Shown here: positions 9,645 to 20,008 of the stretch, in pieces | Layout of the letters: every line of letters starts with the position of its first letter | Numbering within the stretch: the first letter of the stretch is position 1 | DNA from: Escherichia coli | GTDB lineage: Bacteria > Pseudomonadota > Gammaproteobacteria > Enterobacterales > Enterobacteriaceae | DNA length: 64,000 bases | Strand: one strand, 5' to 3' | Assembly: GCF_003334815.1 (NCBI RefSeq) | Contig: NZ_QOWO01000011.1 | Position numbers and translations under genes: made by a program | Notes under the pieces: generated by a model | Told to the model about the DNA's origin: nothing | Seen by the model: the letters and a program-made list of their open reading frames with translations, nothing else | Database searches by the model: none

Positions 9645-12197
9645 TCAGAACAATTCCTGTGCCTCGCCATTATCGATAATGGTCGTTCCCACCTCGTGCA
9701 CTGCCTGTTGTGTCGGCTGCGTACCTTCGATGAAATACTCTTCGCGGCTGTTGCCACCATTAGCTAACTGCCCGGTGCTGCGATCGATATTCACCGTCAC
9801 AATACCCGGTGGCGGCGTCAGCGGCTGCTCCGGCACACCTTCAAGAACGGCTTTCATATAAGCGTCCCATGCAGGCTGGGCACTCTTGGCACCGCCTTCG
9901 TAACCTGAGATCTGATCTTTAATCGCTCCGGAAGCCGTTGTATGACCGAGATTACGACGGTGATCATCAAAGCCAATCCAGACCGAGGTCACAACGCCCG
10001 GACCGTAACCCGAGAACCACGCATCTTTCGAACTGTTAGTGGTCCCGGTTTTCCCGCCGATATCGCGACGCTGCAAATCACGACCTGCACGCCAGCCAGT
10101 ACCCTGCCAGCCTGGCTCACCAAAGATATTGGTGTTCAAAGCACTCTTAATCAGGAATGCCAGCGGAGTGTTGATGACGTGCGGTGCGTACTCCTGCGCG
10201 CCAGTCTTCGCCACTAACGCCTGATTTGCCTGCTCCAGCTGCGGCATTGGTACAGAAACATTCTGCTGCTCGCGGGAGATAGCGACATCTTCAACATCGT
10301 TATTTTCCAGCACGTTCGATTTCTGCGTATCACCGTAAATCACCGGAATATCGCATTCCGGGCAGGCTACTTTCGGTTTCGCTTCGAAAATCACGCCGCC
10401 CTGATCGTTTTCAATTTTGCTGATAAACCACGGGTCCACCAGGAAGCCGCCGTTCGCCATGACCGCGTAGCCGCGCGCCACCTGCATTGGGGTGAAGGAC
10501 GCTGAACCCAGCGCCAGCGATTCGGTGTGGACAATGTTTTGTGCCGGGAAGCCGAAGCGTTGCAGATATTCTGCAGCGTAGTCGACGCCCATCGCCCGCA
10601 TTGCGCGTACCATCACCACGTTTTTCGACTGACCCAGCCCCTGACGTAAGCGAATTGGACCAGCATACTGCGGTGGTGAGTTCTTCGGCTGCCAGTCAGA
10701 ACCGGCACTTGCATCCCAGCGAGAAATTGGCACATCGTTCAACATACTTGCCAGCGTCAGACCTTTATCCATCGCCGCGGTGTAGAGGAACGGTTTGATG
10801 TTGGAACCCACCTGACGCAGTGCCTGGGTGGCGCGGTTAAACTTGCTCTGATTGAAATCAAAGCCACCGACCAGCGCCATAACGGCACCGTTTTGCGGAT
10901 TGATCGACACCAGCGCCGAGTTCACTTCCGGCACTTGTGCCAGCCACCATGCATCGCCAACCTGACGAACCCAGATTTGCTGACCCGTTTGCAGAACATC
11001 GGTCACTTTACGCGGCGTCGGTCCTTGCTGAGTATCCGAACGGTAAGGACGCGCCCAGCGAACGCCTTCCATACTCAATGCGACGGTCGACCCGTCCGCC
11101 AGCATCGCCGTCGCTTGCTGAGGATTGGCGCTGGTGACTGCGGCAGGCAGCAGCGGACCATAGGTTGGCAGCGCCTTCAGCGTATCGGTAATCTTGTTGT
11201 TATCCCACGCCGACTCGCCCACTTTCCACAGCACATTTGCCGGGCCGCGATAGCCGTGGCGCATGTCGTAGTCCAGCACGTTATTACGTACCGCCTGCTG
11301 CGCGGCCTGCTGCACTTTGCGGGTGATGGTGGTGTAAATGCGATAACCGTCTTCATAGGCACTTTCGCCATAACGGTTATACATCTCCTGGCGCACCATT
11401 TCGCTCAGGTACGGCGCAGAGAAAGCAATCTCCGGCGCGTGATAGTTAGCGTTAATCGCCTCAGTGCGTGTCTGATCGAACTGTTGTTGGGTGATATACC
11501 CTTCATCCAGCATCCGCGACAGCACGACGTTACGCCGCGCGACGGCACGATCCATCGAGTAGAGCGGGTTGAAGGTGGAAGGCGCTTTCGGCAGCCCGGC
11601 TATCACCGCCATTTCGTTCAGCGTCAGTTGGTCGACCGTTTTTCCGAAATAGACTTGTGCCGCAGCACCGACACCATAGGCGCGGTAACCAAGGTAAATC
11701 TTGTTCAGATAAAGCTCGAGGATCTCGTCTTTCGTCAGCAGCTGTTCAATGCGAATCGCGAGGAAGACTTCCTTAATCTTACGCATCAGCGTGCGTTCTG
11801 GACTGAGGAAGAAGTTTCTCGCCAGCTGCTGGGTAATGGTACTTGCCCCTTGTGACGCGTGACCGGAGAACAGCGCCACGCTTGCTGCACGGAAGATCCC
11901 CACCGGGTCAACGCCGTGATGCTCGTAGAAGCGGCTGTCTTCTGTCGCGATAAAGGCTTTCACCATCTCCGGTGGGATTTGATCCAACGTAACCGGAATA
12001 CGACGTTTCTCACCGTATTGAGCAATCAGCTCGCCATCGGCGCTGTAAATCTGCATCGGAATTTGCAGGCGAACATCTTTTAATGTCGCCACATCCGGCA
12101 GTTGTGGCTCGATGTAGCGGTATAGGCCATAAATCGAGCCTGCTCCCAGCAGAATGCAACAGACTGCAAGGATCAAAAAATACTTTACGAACTTCAC
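9645..12197 (-). CDS. mrcA: Penicillin-binding protein 1A (bifunctional transglycosylase/transpeptidase)
   Basis: Glycosyltransferase motifs EDSRFYEHHG and GASTITQQ. Transpeptidase motifs SNIK (SxxK) and KTGTT. A GTG start at 12197 gives 850 aa; an upstream ATG at 12221 would give 858 aa. Confidence 0.95.
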   Translation of the reverse strand: MKFVKYFLILAVCCILLGAGSIYGLYRYIEPQLPDVATLKDVRLQIPMQIYSADGELIAQYGEKRRIPVTLDQIPPEMVKAFIATEDSRFYEHHGVDPVGIFRAASVALFSGHASQGASTITQQLARNFFLSPERTLMRKIKEVFLAIRIEQLLTKDEILELYLNKIYLGYRAYGVGAAAQVYFGKTVDQLTLNEMAVIAGLPKAPSTFNPLYSMDRAVARRNVVLSRMLDEGYITQQQFDQTRTEAINANYHAPEIAFSAPYLSEMVRQEMYNRYGESAYEDGYRIYTTITRKVQQAAQQAVRNNVLDYDMRHGYRGPANVLWKVGESAWDNNKITDTLKALPTYGPLLPAAVTSANPQQATAMLADGSTVALSMEGVRWARPYRSDTQQGPTPRKVTDVLQTGQQIWVRQVGDAWWLAQVPEVNSALVSINPQNGAVMALVGGFDFNQSKFNRATQALRQVGSNIKPFLYTAAMDKGLTLASMLNDVPISRWDASAGSDWQPKNSPPQYAGPIRLRQGLGQSKNVVMVRAMRAMGVDYAAEYLQRFGFPAQNIVHTESLALGSASFTPMQVARGYAVMANGGFLVDPWFISKIENDQGGVIFEAKPKVACPECDIPVIYGDTQKSNVLENNDVEDVAISREQQNVSVPMPQLEQANQALVAKTGAQEYAPHVINTPLAFLIKSALNTNIFGEPGWQGTGWRAGRDLQRRDIGGKTGTTNSSKDAWFSGYGPGVVTSVWIGFDDHRRNLGHTTASGAIKDQISGYEGGAKSAQPAWDAYMKAVLEGVPEQPLTPPPGIVTVNIDRSTGQLANGGNSREEYFIEGTQPTQQAVHEVGTTIIDNGEAQELF

Positions 12198-12316
12198 TGG
12201 AAATTTCCCATTTAGTTTCATTTGGGCAGTTTATAAACAAACGCGCGGTAGTATAAAGGCAAGCCAGACGCATTGATATACCCGTCAGAGTGACGGGTGA
12301 TAAGGAGATCATCACA

Positions 12317-13096
12317 ATGGCATTTAAGATCTGGCAAATTGGTTTGCATTTACAACAGCAAGAAGCGGTAGCGGTTGCGATCGTGCGGGGCGCAAAAGAA
12401 TGCTTTTTGCAACGCTGGTGGCGGTTGCCGCTGGAGAACGACATTATCAAAGATGGGCGGATTGTTGATGCGCAGCAGCTGGCTAAAACGTTGTTACCGT
12501 GGAGTCGCGAACTGCCGCAGCGTCATCACATTATGTTGGCGTTTCCCGCCAGTCGCACATTACAGCGGTCATTTCCGCGCCCGTCGATGTCCCTTGGTGA
12601 GCGGGAGCAAACGGCCTGGCTGTCAGGGACGATGGCCCGCGAGCTGGATATGGATCCGGACTCCCTGCGCTTCGATTACAGCGAAGACTCACTCAGTCCC
12701 GCCTATAACGTGACTGCCGCGCAAAGCAAAGAGCTGGCAACGCTGCTTACTCTGGCAGAAAGGTTGCGTGTTCATGTGAGCGCGATCACCCCGGATGCCA
12801 GTGCATTACAGCGATTCCTGCCTTTTTTACCTTCTCATCAGCAATGTCTGGCCTGGCGTGATAACGAACAGTGGCTGTGGGCGACGCGCTATAGCTGGGG
12901 GCGCAAACTGGCGGTGGGGATGACTAGCGCGAAGGAGCTGGCGGCAGCGTTATCCGTTGATCCCGAAAGCGTCGCGATATGTGGCGAAGGCGGATTTGAT
13001 CCCTGGGAGGCCGTTTCTGTTCGTCAGCCGCCGCTACCGCCGCCAGGTGGAGACTTTGCCATCGCGCTGGGGCTGGCGCTTGGGAAGGCGTACTGA
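12317..13096 (+). CDS. hofM: PilM-like type IV pilus/DNA-uptake assembly protein
   Basis: 259 aa starting MAFKIWQIGLHL. An aaggag SD sits 9 nt upstream. First gene of a pilMNOPQ-like block. Confidence 0.88.
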   Translation: MAFKIWQIGLHLQQQEAVAVAIVRGAKECFLQRWWRLPLENDIIKDGRIVDAQQLAKTLLPWSRELPQRHHIMLAFPASRTLQRSFPRPSMSLGEREQTAWLSGTMARELDMDPDSLRFDYSEDSLSPAYNVTAAQSKELATLLTLAERLRVHVSAITPDASALQRFLPFLPSHQQCLAWRDNEQWLWATRYSWGRKLAVGMTSAKELAAALSVDPESVAICGEGGFDPWEAVSVRQPPLPPPGGDFAIALGLALGKAY

Positions 13097-13635
13097 TGAA
13101 CCCGCCAATTAATTTTTTGCCCTGGCGACAGCAACGCCGGACCGCTTTTCTGCGTTTCTGGTTGCTGATGTTCGTTGCGCCTCTGCTGCTGGCCGTCGGG
13201 ATAACGCTAATACTGCGTCTGACAGGCAGCGCCGAAGCGCGCATAGACGCAGTTTTGCTTCAGGCGGAACAACAACTCGCCCGCAGCTTACAGATAACGA
13301 AGCCACGTTTGCTGGAGCAACAGCAGTTACGCGAACAGCGTTCGCAACGGCAGCGCCAGCGACAATTTACCCGCGACTGGCAATCTGCGCTGGAAGCACT
13401 GGCGGCGCTTTTACCCGAGCACGCCTGGCTGACAACGATAAGCTGGCAGCAGGGAACGCTGGAGATCAAGGGGCTGACAACAAGCATTACCGCGTTAAAC
13501 GCACTAGAAACGTCACTCCGCCAGGATGCATCTTTTCATCTCAATCAGCGGGGAGCCACGCAGCAGGATGCGCAGGGACGCTGGCAATTTGAGTATCAGT
13601 TAACAAGGAAGGTTAGCGATGAACATGTTCTTTGA
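13096..13635 (+). CDS. hofN: PilN-like bitopic membrane protein
   Basis: 179 aa with a single N-terminal TM helix and a Q/R-rich coiled region. The start overlaps the hofM stop (TGATG). Confidence 0.88.
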   Translation: MNPPINFLPWRQQRRTAFLRFWLLMFVAPLLLAVGITLILRLTGSAEARIDAVLLQAEQQLARSLQITKPRLLEQQQLREQRSQRQRQRQFTRDWQSALEALAALLPEHAWLTTISWQQGTLEIKGLTTSITALNALETSLRQDASFHLNQRGATQQDAQGRWQFEYQLTRKVSDEHVL

Positions 13636-14059
13636 CTGGTGGTTCGCCACATCACCCCGCCTCCGCCAGCTTTGCTGGGCATTCTGGTTGCTGATGTTAG
13701 TTACGCTCATTTTTCTGTCATCGACACACCATGAAGAGCGCGACGCATTAATTCGACTACGGGCAAGTCATCACCAGCAGTGGGCCGCACTGTATCGCCT
13801 GGTAGACACCACTCCCTTCAGCGAGGAAAAAACGCTGCCCTTTTCGCCACTGGATTTTCAGTTATCCGGCGCGCAACTGGTTTCCTGGCATCCATCCGCG
13901 CAGGGAGGCGAGTTGGCGTTGAAAACGCTGTGGGAAGCAGTGCCGTCGGCATTTACACGGCTGGCAGAGCGCAACGTCAGCGTGAGCCGTTTTTCGTTAA
14001 GCGTGGAAGGTGATGATCTTTTGTTCACGCTACAACTGGAGACGCCGCATGAGGGTTAA
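13619..14059 (+). CDS. hofO: PilO-like protein
   Basis: 146 aa with an N-terminal TM helix. Overlaps hofN by 17 nt. Confidence 0.85.
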   Translation: MNMFFDWWFATSPRLRQLCWAFWLLMLVTLIFLSSTHHEERDALIRLRASHHQQWAALYRLVDTTPFSEEKTLPFSPLDFQLSGAQLVSWHPSAQGGELALKTLWEAVPSAFTRLAERNVSVSRFSLSVEGDDLLFTLQLETPHEG

Positions 14060-14453
14060 ACGCTGGTTGTTGGCAGGTATTGCATTGTGCCTTTTAACCG
14101 GTATGCGTGACCCTTTTAAACCGCCGGAAGATCTATGCCGGATTAGCGAACTTAGCCAGTGGCGCTATCAGGGGATGGTAGGGCGAGGCGAGCGCATCAT
14201 CGGTGTAATAAAAGACGGGCAAAAGAAATGGCGACGGGTGCAGCAAAACGATGTGCTGGAAAACGGCTGGACAATTTTACAGCTGACGCCAGACGTACTA
14301 ACGCTGGGTACCGGGACAAACTGCGAACCGCCACAATGGTTGTGGCAACGGCAAGGAGATACAAATGAAGCAATGGATAGCCGCACTACTGTTGATGCTG
14401 ATACCCGGCGTACAGGCGGCAAAGCCGCAAAAAGTGACGCTGATGGTGGATGA
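14049..14453 (+). CDS. hofP: PilP-like protein
   Basis: 134 aa starting MRVKRWLLAGIALCLLTG, a signal/lipoprotein-like N-terminus. Overlaps hofO by 11 nt and hofQ by 89 nt. Confidence 0.8.
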   Translation: MRVKRWLLAGIALCLLTGMRDPFKPPEDLCRISELSQWRYQGMVGRGERIIGVIKDGQKKWRRVQQNDVLENGWTILQLTPDVLTLGTGTNCEPPQWLWQRQGDTNEAMDSRTTVDADTRRTGGKAAKSDADGG

Positions 14454-15603
14454 CGTTCCGGTAGCTCAGGTGTTGCAGGCGCTGGCTGAACAGGAGAAGT
14501 TGAACCTGGTCGTGTCGCCAGACGTCAGCGGTACGGTGTCGTTACATCTAACAGATGTTCCCTGGAAGCAGGCACTACAAACTGTAGTGAAAAGCGCCGG
14601 ACTGATAACGCGGCAGGAAGGCAACATTCTCTCAGTGCATTCCATTGCCTGGCAGAATAACAATATCGCCCGCCAGGAGGCGGAGCAGGCGCGGGCGCAG
14701 GCAAATCTGCCGCTGGAAAATCGCAGTATAACCCTGCAATACGCCGACGCGGGAGAACTGGCGAAAGCGGGGGAGAAGCTACTGAGTGCCAAAGGGAGTA
14801 TGACCGTCGATAAACGCACCAATCGCCTTTTGCTACGAGATAACAAAACGGCGTTAAGCGCGCTTGAACAGTGGGTAGCGCAAATGGATCTGCCGGTCGG
14901 GCAGGTTGAGCTGTCGGCGCATATTGTCACCATTAATGAAAAAAGTTTGCGTGAGTTAGGCGTGAAATGGACGCTGGCCGATGCGCAACACGCTGGTGGC
15001 GTTGGGCAAGTCACCACGCTTGGTAGCGACCTCTCCGTAGCGACGGCGACAACGCATGTCGGTTTTAACATTGGGCGCATCAACGGACGCTTGCTGGATC
15101 TTGAGCTTTCCGCGCTCGAACAAAAACAGCAGCTGGATATTATCGCCAGTCCGCGTCTGCTGGCCTCACATCTTCAGCCTGCCAGCATTAAACAGGGGAG
15201 CGAAATTCCATATCAGGTTTCCAGCGGGGAAAGTGGCGCGACGTCGGTGGAATTTAAAGAGGCCGTCCTGGGGATGGAGGTCACGCCCACGGTGTTACAA
15301 AAAGGTCGCATCCGGCTGAAATTACACATCAGCCAGAACGTTCCGGGGCAGGTGCTACAGCAGGCCGATGGCGAAGTGCTGGCGATTGATAAGCAGGAGA
15401 TCGAAACGCAGGTCGAGGTCAAAAGCGGAGAAACGTTGGCGCTGGGCGGCATTTTTACCCGTAAAAATAAATCGGGTCAGGATAGCGTACCGTTGCTTGG
15501 CGACATTCCCTGGTTCGGGCAATTATTTCGTCATGACGGAAAAGAAGATGAACGACGCGAGTTAGTGGTGTTTATCACGCCACGACTGGTTTCCAGTGAG
15601 TAA
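14365..15603 (+). CDS. hofQ: Outer-membrane secretin (PilQ/ComE family)
   Basis: 412 aa with signal peptide MKQWIAALLLMLIPGVQA. The C-terminal secretin core ends in PLLGDIPWFGQLF...ELVVFITPRLV. Confidence 0.92.
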   Translation: MKQWIAALLLMLIPGVQAAKPQKVTLMVDDVPVAQVLQALAEQEKLNLVVSPDVSGTVSLHLTDVPWKQALQTVVKSAGLITRQEGNILSVHSIAWQNNNIARQEAEQARAQANLPLENRSITLQYADAGELAKAGEKLLSAKGSMTVDKRTNRLLLRDNKTALSALEQWVAQMDLPVGQVELSAHIVTINEKSLRELGVKWTLADAQHAGGVGQVTTLGSDLSVATATTHVGFNIGRINGRLLDLELSALEQKQQLDIIASPRLLASHLQPASIKQGSEIPYQVSSGESGATSVEFKEAVLGMEVTPTVLQKGRIRLKLHISQNVPGQVLQQADGEVLAIDKQEIETQVEVKSGETLALGGIFTRKNKSGQDSVPLLGDIPWFGQLFRHDGKEDERRELVVFITPRLVSSE

Positions 15604-16003
15604 ACAGCCGTAAAAGCGGTAATGTTTTTACGCTGAACGTGTTTCATCTATTTGACGCGCGCAGGTATTTAGCATACAAGGAGTACCGATTTGAGAGTTG
15701 GTGCTCTTCGCTGCCTGCGTTCCATGATGATGATTTATCATTCAGGCGGCATTTTGCTGTCTTTTTTACGCTAATCTTACCCGGTGATTTATCGCCAGAG
15801 CGGTGGTAGCAAGGCAGCGCGCTTGCAGCGACCAGATATGCAGAGGGATGGGTGATTTATTCAGTTGCCAAACCCGCTGGAGTATTGAGATAATTTTCAG
15901 TCTGACTCTCGCAATATCTTATGAGGTTTCAGTTCATGTCCTGCGGCGCTCTCTGAGCGAAGCGGGTTTATCATTAACGAATAGTCTTAGTAGTACCGAA
16001 AAA

Positions 16004-16525
16004 ATGGCAGAGAAACGCAATATCTTTCTGGTTGGGCCTATGGGTGCCGGAAAAAGCACTATTGGGCGCCAGTTAGCTCAACAACTCAATATGGAATTTT
16101 ACGATTCCGATCAAGAGATTGAGAAGCGAACCGGAGCTGATGTGGGCTGGGTTTTCGATTTAGAAGGCGAAGAAGGCTTCCGCGATCGCGAAGAAAAGGT
16201 CATCAATGAGTTGACCGAGAAACAGGGTATTGTGCTGGCTACTGGCGGCGGCTCTGTGAAATCCCGTGAAACGCGTAACCGTCTTTCCGCTCGTGGCGTT
16301 GTCGTTTATCTTGAAACGACCATCGAAAAGCAACTTGCACGCACGCAGCGTGATAAAAAACGCCCGTTGCTGCACGTTGAAACACCGCCGCGTGAAGTTC
16401 TGGAAGCGTTGGCCAATGAACGCAATCCGCTGTATGAAGAGATTGCCGACGTGACCATTCGTACTGATGATCAAAGCGCTAAAGTGGTTGCAAACCAGAT
16501 TATTCACATGCTGGAAAGCAACTAA
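16004..16525 (+). CDS. aroK: Shikimate kinase I
   Basis: 173 aa starting [19 protein letters not shown] (Walker A). The in-frame 67-codon upstream extension in the track was rejected. Confidence 0.95.
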   Translation: MAEKRNIFLVGPMGAGKSTIGRQLAQQLNMEFYDSDQEIEKRTGADVGWVFDLEGEEGFRDREEKVINELTEKQGIVLATGGGSVKSRETRNRLSARGVVVYLETTIEKQLARTQRDKKRPLLHVETPPREVLEALANERNPLYEEIADVTIRTDDQSAKVVANQIIHMLESN

Positions 16526-16581
16526 TTCTGGCTTTATATACACTCGTCTGCGGGTACAGTAATTAAGGTGGATGTCGCGTT

Positions 16582-17670
16582 ATGGAGAGGATTGTCGTTA
16601 CTCTCGGGGAACGTAGTTACCCAATTACCATCGCATCTGGTTTGTTTAATGAACCAGCTTCATTCTTACCGCTGAAATCGGGCGAGCAGGTCATGTTGGT
16701 CACCAACGAAACCCTGGCTCCTCTGTATCTCGATAAGGTCCGCGGCGTACTTGAACAGGCGGGTGTTAACGTCGATAGCGTTATCCTCCCTGACGGCGAG
16801 CAGTATAAAAGCCTGGCTGTACTCGATACCGTCTTTACGGCGTTGTTACAAAAACCGCATGGTCGCGATACTACGCTGGTGGCGCTTGGCGGCGGCGTAG
16901 TGGGCGATCTGACCGGCTTCGCGGCGGCGAGTTATCAGCGCGGTGTCCGTTTCATTCAAGTCCCGACGACGTTACTGTCGCAGGTCGATTCCTCCGTTGG
17001 CGGCAAAACTGCGGTCAACCATCCCCTCGGTAAAAACATGATTGGCGCGTTCTACCAACCTGCTTCAGTGGTGGTGGATCTCGACTGTCTGAAAACGCTT
17101 CCCCCGCGTGAGTTAGCGTCGGGGCTGGCAGAAGTCATCAAATACGGCATTATTCTTGACGGTGCGTTTTTTAACTGGCTGGAAGAGAATCTGGATGCGT
17201 TGTTGCGTCTGGACGGTCCGGCAATGGCGTACTGTATTCGCCGTTGTTGTGAACTGAAGGCAGAAGTTGTCGCCGCCGACGAGCGCGAAACCGGGTTACG
17301 TGCTTTACTGAATCTGGGACACACCTTTGGTCATGCCATTGAAGCTGAAATGGGGTATGGCAATTGGTTACATGGTGAAGCGGTCGCTGCGGGTATGGTG
17401 ATGGCGGCGCGGACGTCGGAACGTCTCGGGCAGTTTAGTTCTGCCGAAACGCAGCGTATTATAACCCTGCTCAAGCGGGCTGGGTTACCGGTCAATGGGC
17501 CGCGCGAAATGTCCGCGCAGGCGTATTTACCGCATATGCTGCGTGACAAGAAAGTCCTTGCGGGAGAGATGCGCTTAATTCTTCCGTTGGCAATTGGTAA
17601 GAGTGAAGTTCGCAGCGGCGTTTCGCACGAGCTTGTTCTTAACGCCATTGCCGATTGTCAATCAGCGTAA
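16582..17670 (+). CDS. aroB: 3-dehydroquinate synthase
   Basis: 362 aa with the NAD-binding [13 protein letters not shown] and metal-ligand HTFGHAIE motifs. Confidence 0.95.
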
Positions 17671-17761
17671 CAACAAGAAAGGTCAGGCCGCTTATCAAGC
17701 CGTCTATTAGCTTCAGGTTAATTGCAACGTGGTAAGCATTAACCTTTTAGTGGGGTGTTAA

Positions 17762-19048
17762 ATGGATGAATTCAAACCAGAAGACGAGCTGAAACCCGAT
17801 CCCAGCGATCGTCGTACTGGTCGTTCTCGTCAATCTTCTGAACGTTCTGAGCGTACTGAACGTGGCGAACCGCAGATCAATTTTGATGATATTGAACTTG
17901 ATGACACTGACGATCGCCGTCCGACTCGTGCGCAAAAAGAGCGCAATGAGGAACCGGAAATCGAAGAAGAAATTGACGAATCCGAAGATGAAACCGTGGA
18001 TGAAGAGCGCGTAGAGCGTCGTCCGCGTAAGCGCAAAAAAGCAGCCAGTAAACCCGCTTCTCGTCAGTATATGATGATGGGCGTCGGCATTCTGGTTCTA
18101 CTGCTGTTGATCATCGGTATCGGTTCTGCGCTAAAAGCCCCCTCGACCACTTCCAGCGATCAAACCGCGTCTGGCGAGAAGAGTATTGATCTTGCTGGCA
18201 ATGCGACCGATCAGGCGAATGGCGTGCAGCCAGCGCCGGGAACCACGTCTGCGGAAAATACTCAGCAGGATGTTTCTCTGCCACCGATCTCTTCTACGCC
18301 GACTCAAGGGCAAACCCCGGTGGCAACGGATGGTCAACAACGTGTTGAAGTGCAGGGTGACCTGAACAATGCGCTGACCCAGCCACAAAATCAGCAACAG
18401 CTGAACAATGTGGCGGTCAATTCCACGTTGCCGACTGAACCCGCAACGGTTGCGCCTGTTCGCAATGGCAATGCATCGCGTGACACGGCGAAAACGCAAA
18501 CCGCTGAACGTCCGTCCACTACGCGCCCAGCTCGTCAGCAGGCGGTGATTGAACCGAAAAAACCGCAAGCAACCGTGAAAACGGAGCCGAAGCCGGTAGC
18601 ACAGACGCCGAAGCGTACTGAACCAGCTGCCCCTGTGGCGAGCACGAAGGCACCGGCTGCGACTTCTACGCCAGCACCAAAAGAGACGGCGACTACGGCT
18701 CCAGTACAGACGGCATCCCCGGCGCAAACCACGGCAACACCCGCTGCTGGGGCGAAGACCGCAGGTAATGTTGGTTCGTTGAAATCGGCACCGTCCAGCC
18801 ATTACACTCTGCAGCTGAGCAGTTCCTCTAACTACGACAACCTGAACGGTTGGGCGAAGAAAGAGAATCTGAAAAACTACGTTGTCTATGAAACGACGCG
18901 TAATGGTCAGCCGTGGTATGTCCTGGTTTCTGGCGTGTACGCTTCGAAAGAAGAGGCGAAAAAAGCGGTATCTACATTGCCAGCAGATGTCCAGGCCAAA
19001 AACCCGTGGGCGAAACCGCTGCGTCAGGTACAGGCCGATCTGAAGTAA
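17762..19048 (+). CDS. damX: Cell-division protein DamX (SPOR domain)
   Basis: 428 aa. Acidic N-terminus, one TM helix ([18 protein letters not shown]), a long Q/P/T/A-rich linker and a C-terminal SPOR-like domain ([20 protein letters not shown]...). Confidence 0.93.
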
Positions 19049-19154
19049 TCAAGGTTATCTCCCGCAATGGTTTATCGTTGCGGGAGTTGCCTGAAGCGCT
19101 GGATGCTGTCGGAGCTTTCTCCACAGCCGGAGAAGGTGTAATTAGTTAGTCAGC

Positions 19155-19991
19155 ATGAAGAAAAATCGCGCTTTTTTGAAGTGGGCAGGGGGCAAGTATC
19201 CCCTGCTTGATGATATTAAACGGCATTTGCCCAAGGGCGAATGTCTGGTTGAGCCTTTTGTAGGTGCCGGGTCGGTGTTTCTCAACACCGACTTTTCTCG
19301 TTATATCCTTGCCGATATCAATAGCGACCTGATCAGTCTCTATAACATTGTGAAGATGCGTACTGATGAGTACGTACAGGCCGCACGCGAGCTGTTTGTT
19401 CCCGAAACAAATTGCGCCGAGGTTTACTATCAGTTCCGCGAAGAGTTCAACAAAAGCCAGGATCCGTTCCGTCGGGCGGTACTGTTTTTATATTTGAACC
19501 GCTACGGTTACAACGGCCTGTGTCGTTACAATCTGCGCGGTGAGTTTAACGTGCCGTTCGGCCGCTACAAAAAACCCTATTTCCCGGAAGCAGAGTTGTA
19601 TCACTTCGCTGAAAAAGCGCAGAATGCCTTTTTCTATTGTGAGTCTTACGCCGATAGCATGGCGCGCGCAGATGATGCATCCGTCGTCTATTGCGATCCG
19701 CCTTATGCACCGCTGTCTGCGACCGCCAACTTTACGGCGTATCACACAAACAGTTTTACGCTTGAACAACAAGCGCATCTGGCGGAGATCGCCGAAGGTC
19801 TGGTTGAGCGCCATATTCCAGTGCTGATCTCCAATCACGATACGATGTTAACGCGTGAGTGGTATCAGCGCGCAAAATTGCATGTCGTCAAAGTTCGACG
19901 CAGTATAAGCAGCAACGGCGGCACACGTAAAAAGGTGGACGAACTGCTGGCTTTGTACAAACCAGGAGTCGTTTCACCCGCGAAAAAATAA
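19155..19991 (+). CDS. dam: DNA adenine methyltransferase (GATC)
   Basis: 278 aa with the SAM motif [10 protein letters not shown] and the catalytic DPPY motif (YCDPPYAP). Confidence 0.96.
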
Positions 19992-20008
19992 TTCTCAAGG
20001 AGAAGCGG

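Noticed and set aside
12198-12316. Search for a CRP-S (Sxy-dependent) site upstream of hofM
   Set aside because: I could not align any TGCGA-N6-TCGCA-like 22-mer convincingly by eye, so no site is reported.
15803-16003. In-frame 67-codon GTG-initiated extension upstream of aroK
   Set aside because: It has no SD. The AroK N-terminus with its Walker A motif starts at 16004 with a proper context. The open frame is probably fortuitous.
17762-19048. damX Q/P/T/A-rich region considered as a DNA tandem repeat
   Set aside because: It shows compositional bias at the protein level only. I saw no exact nucleotide repeat units.
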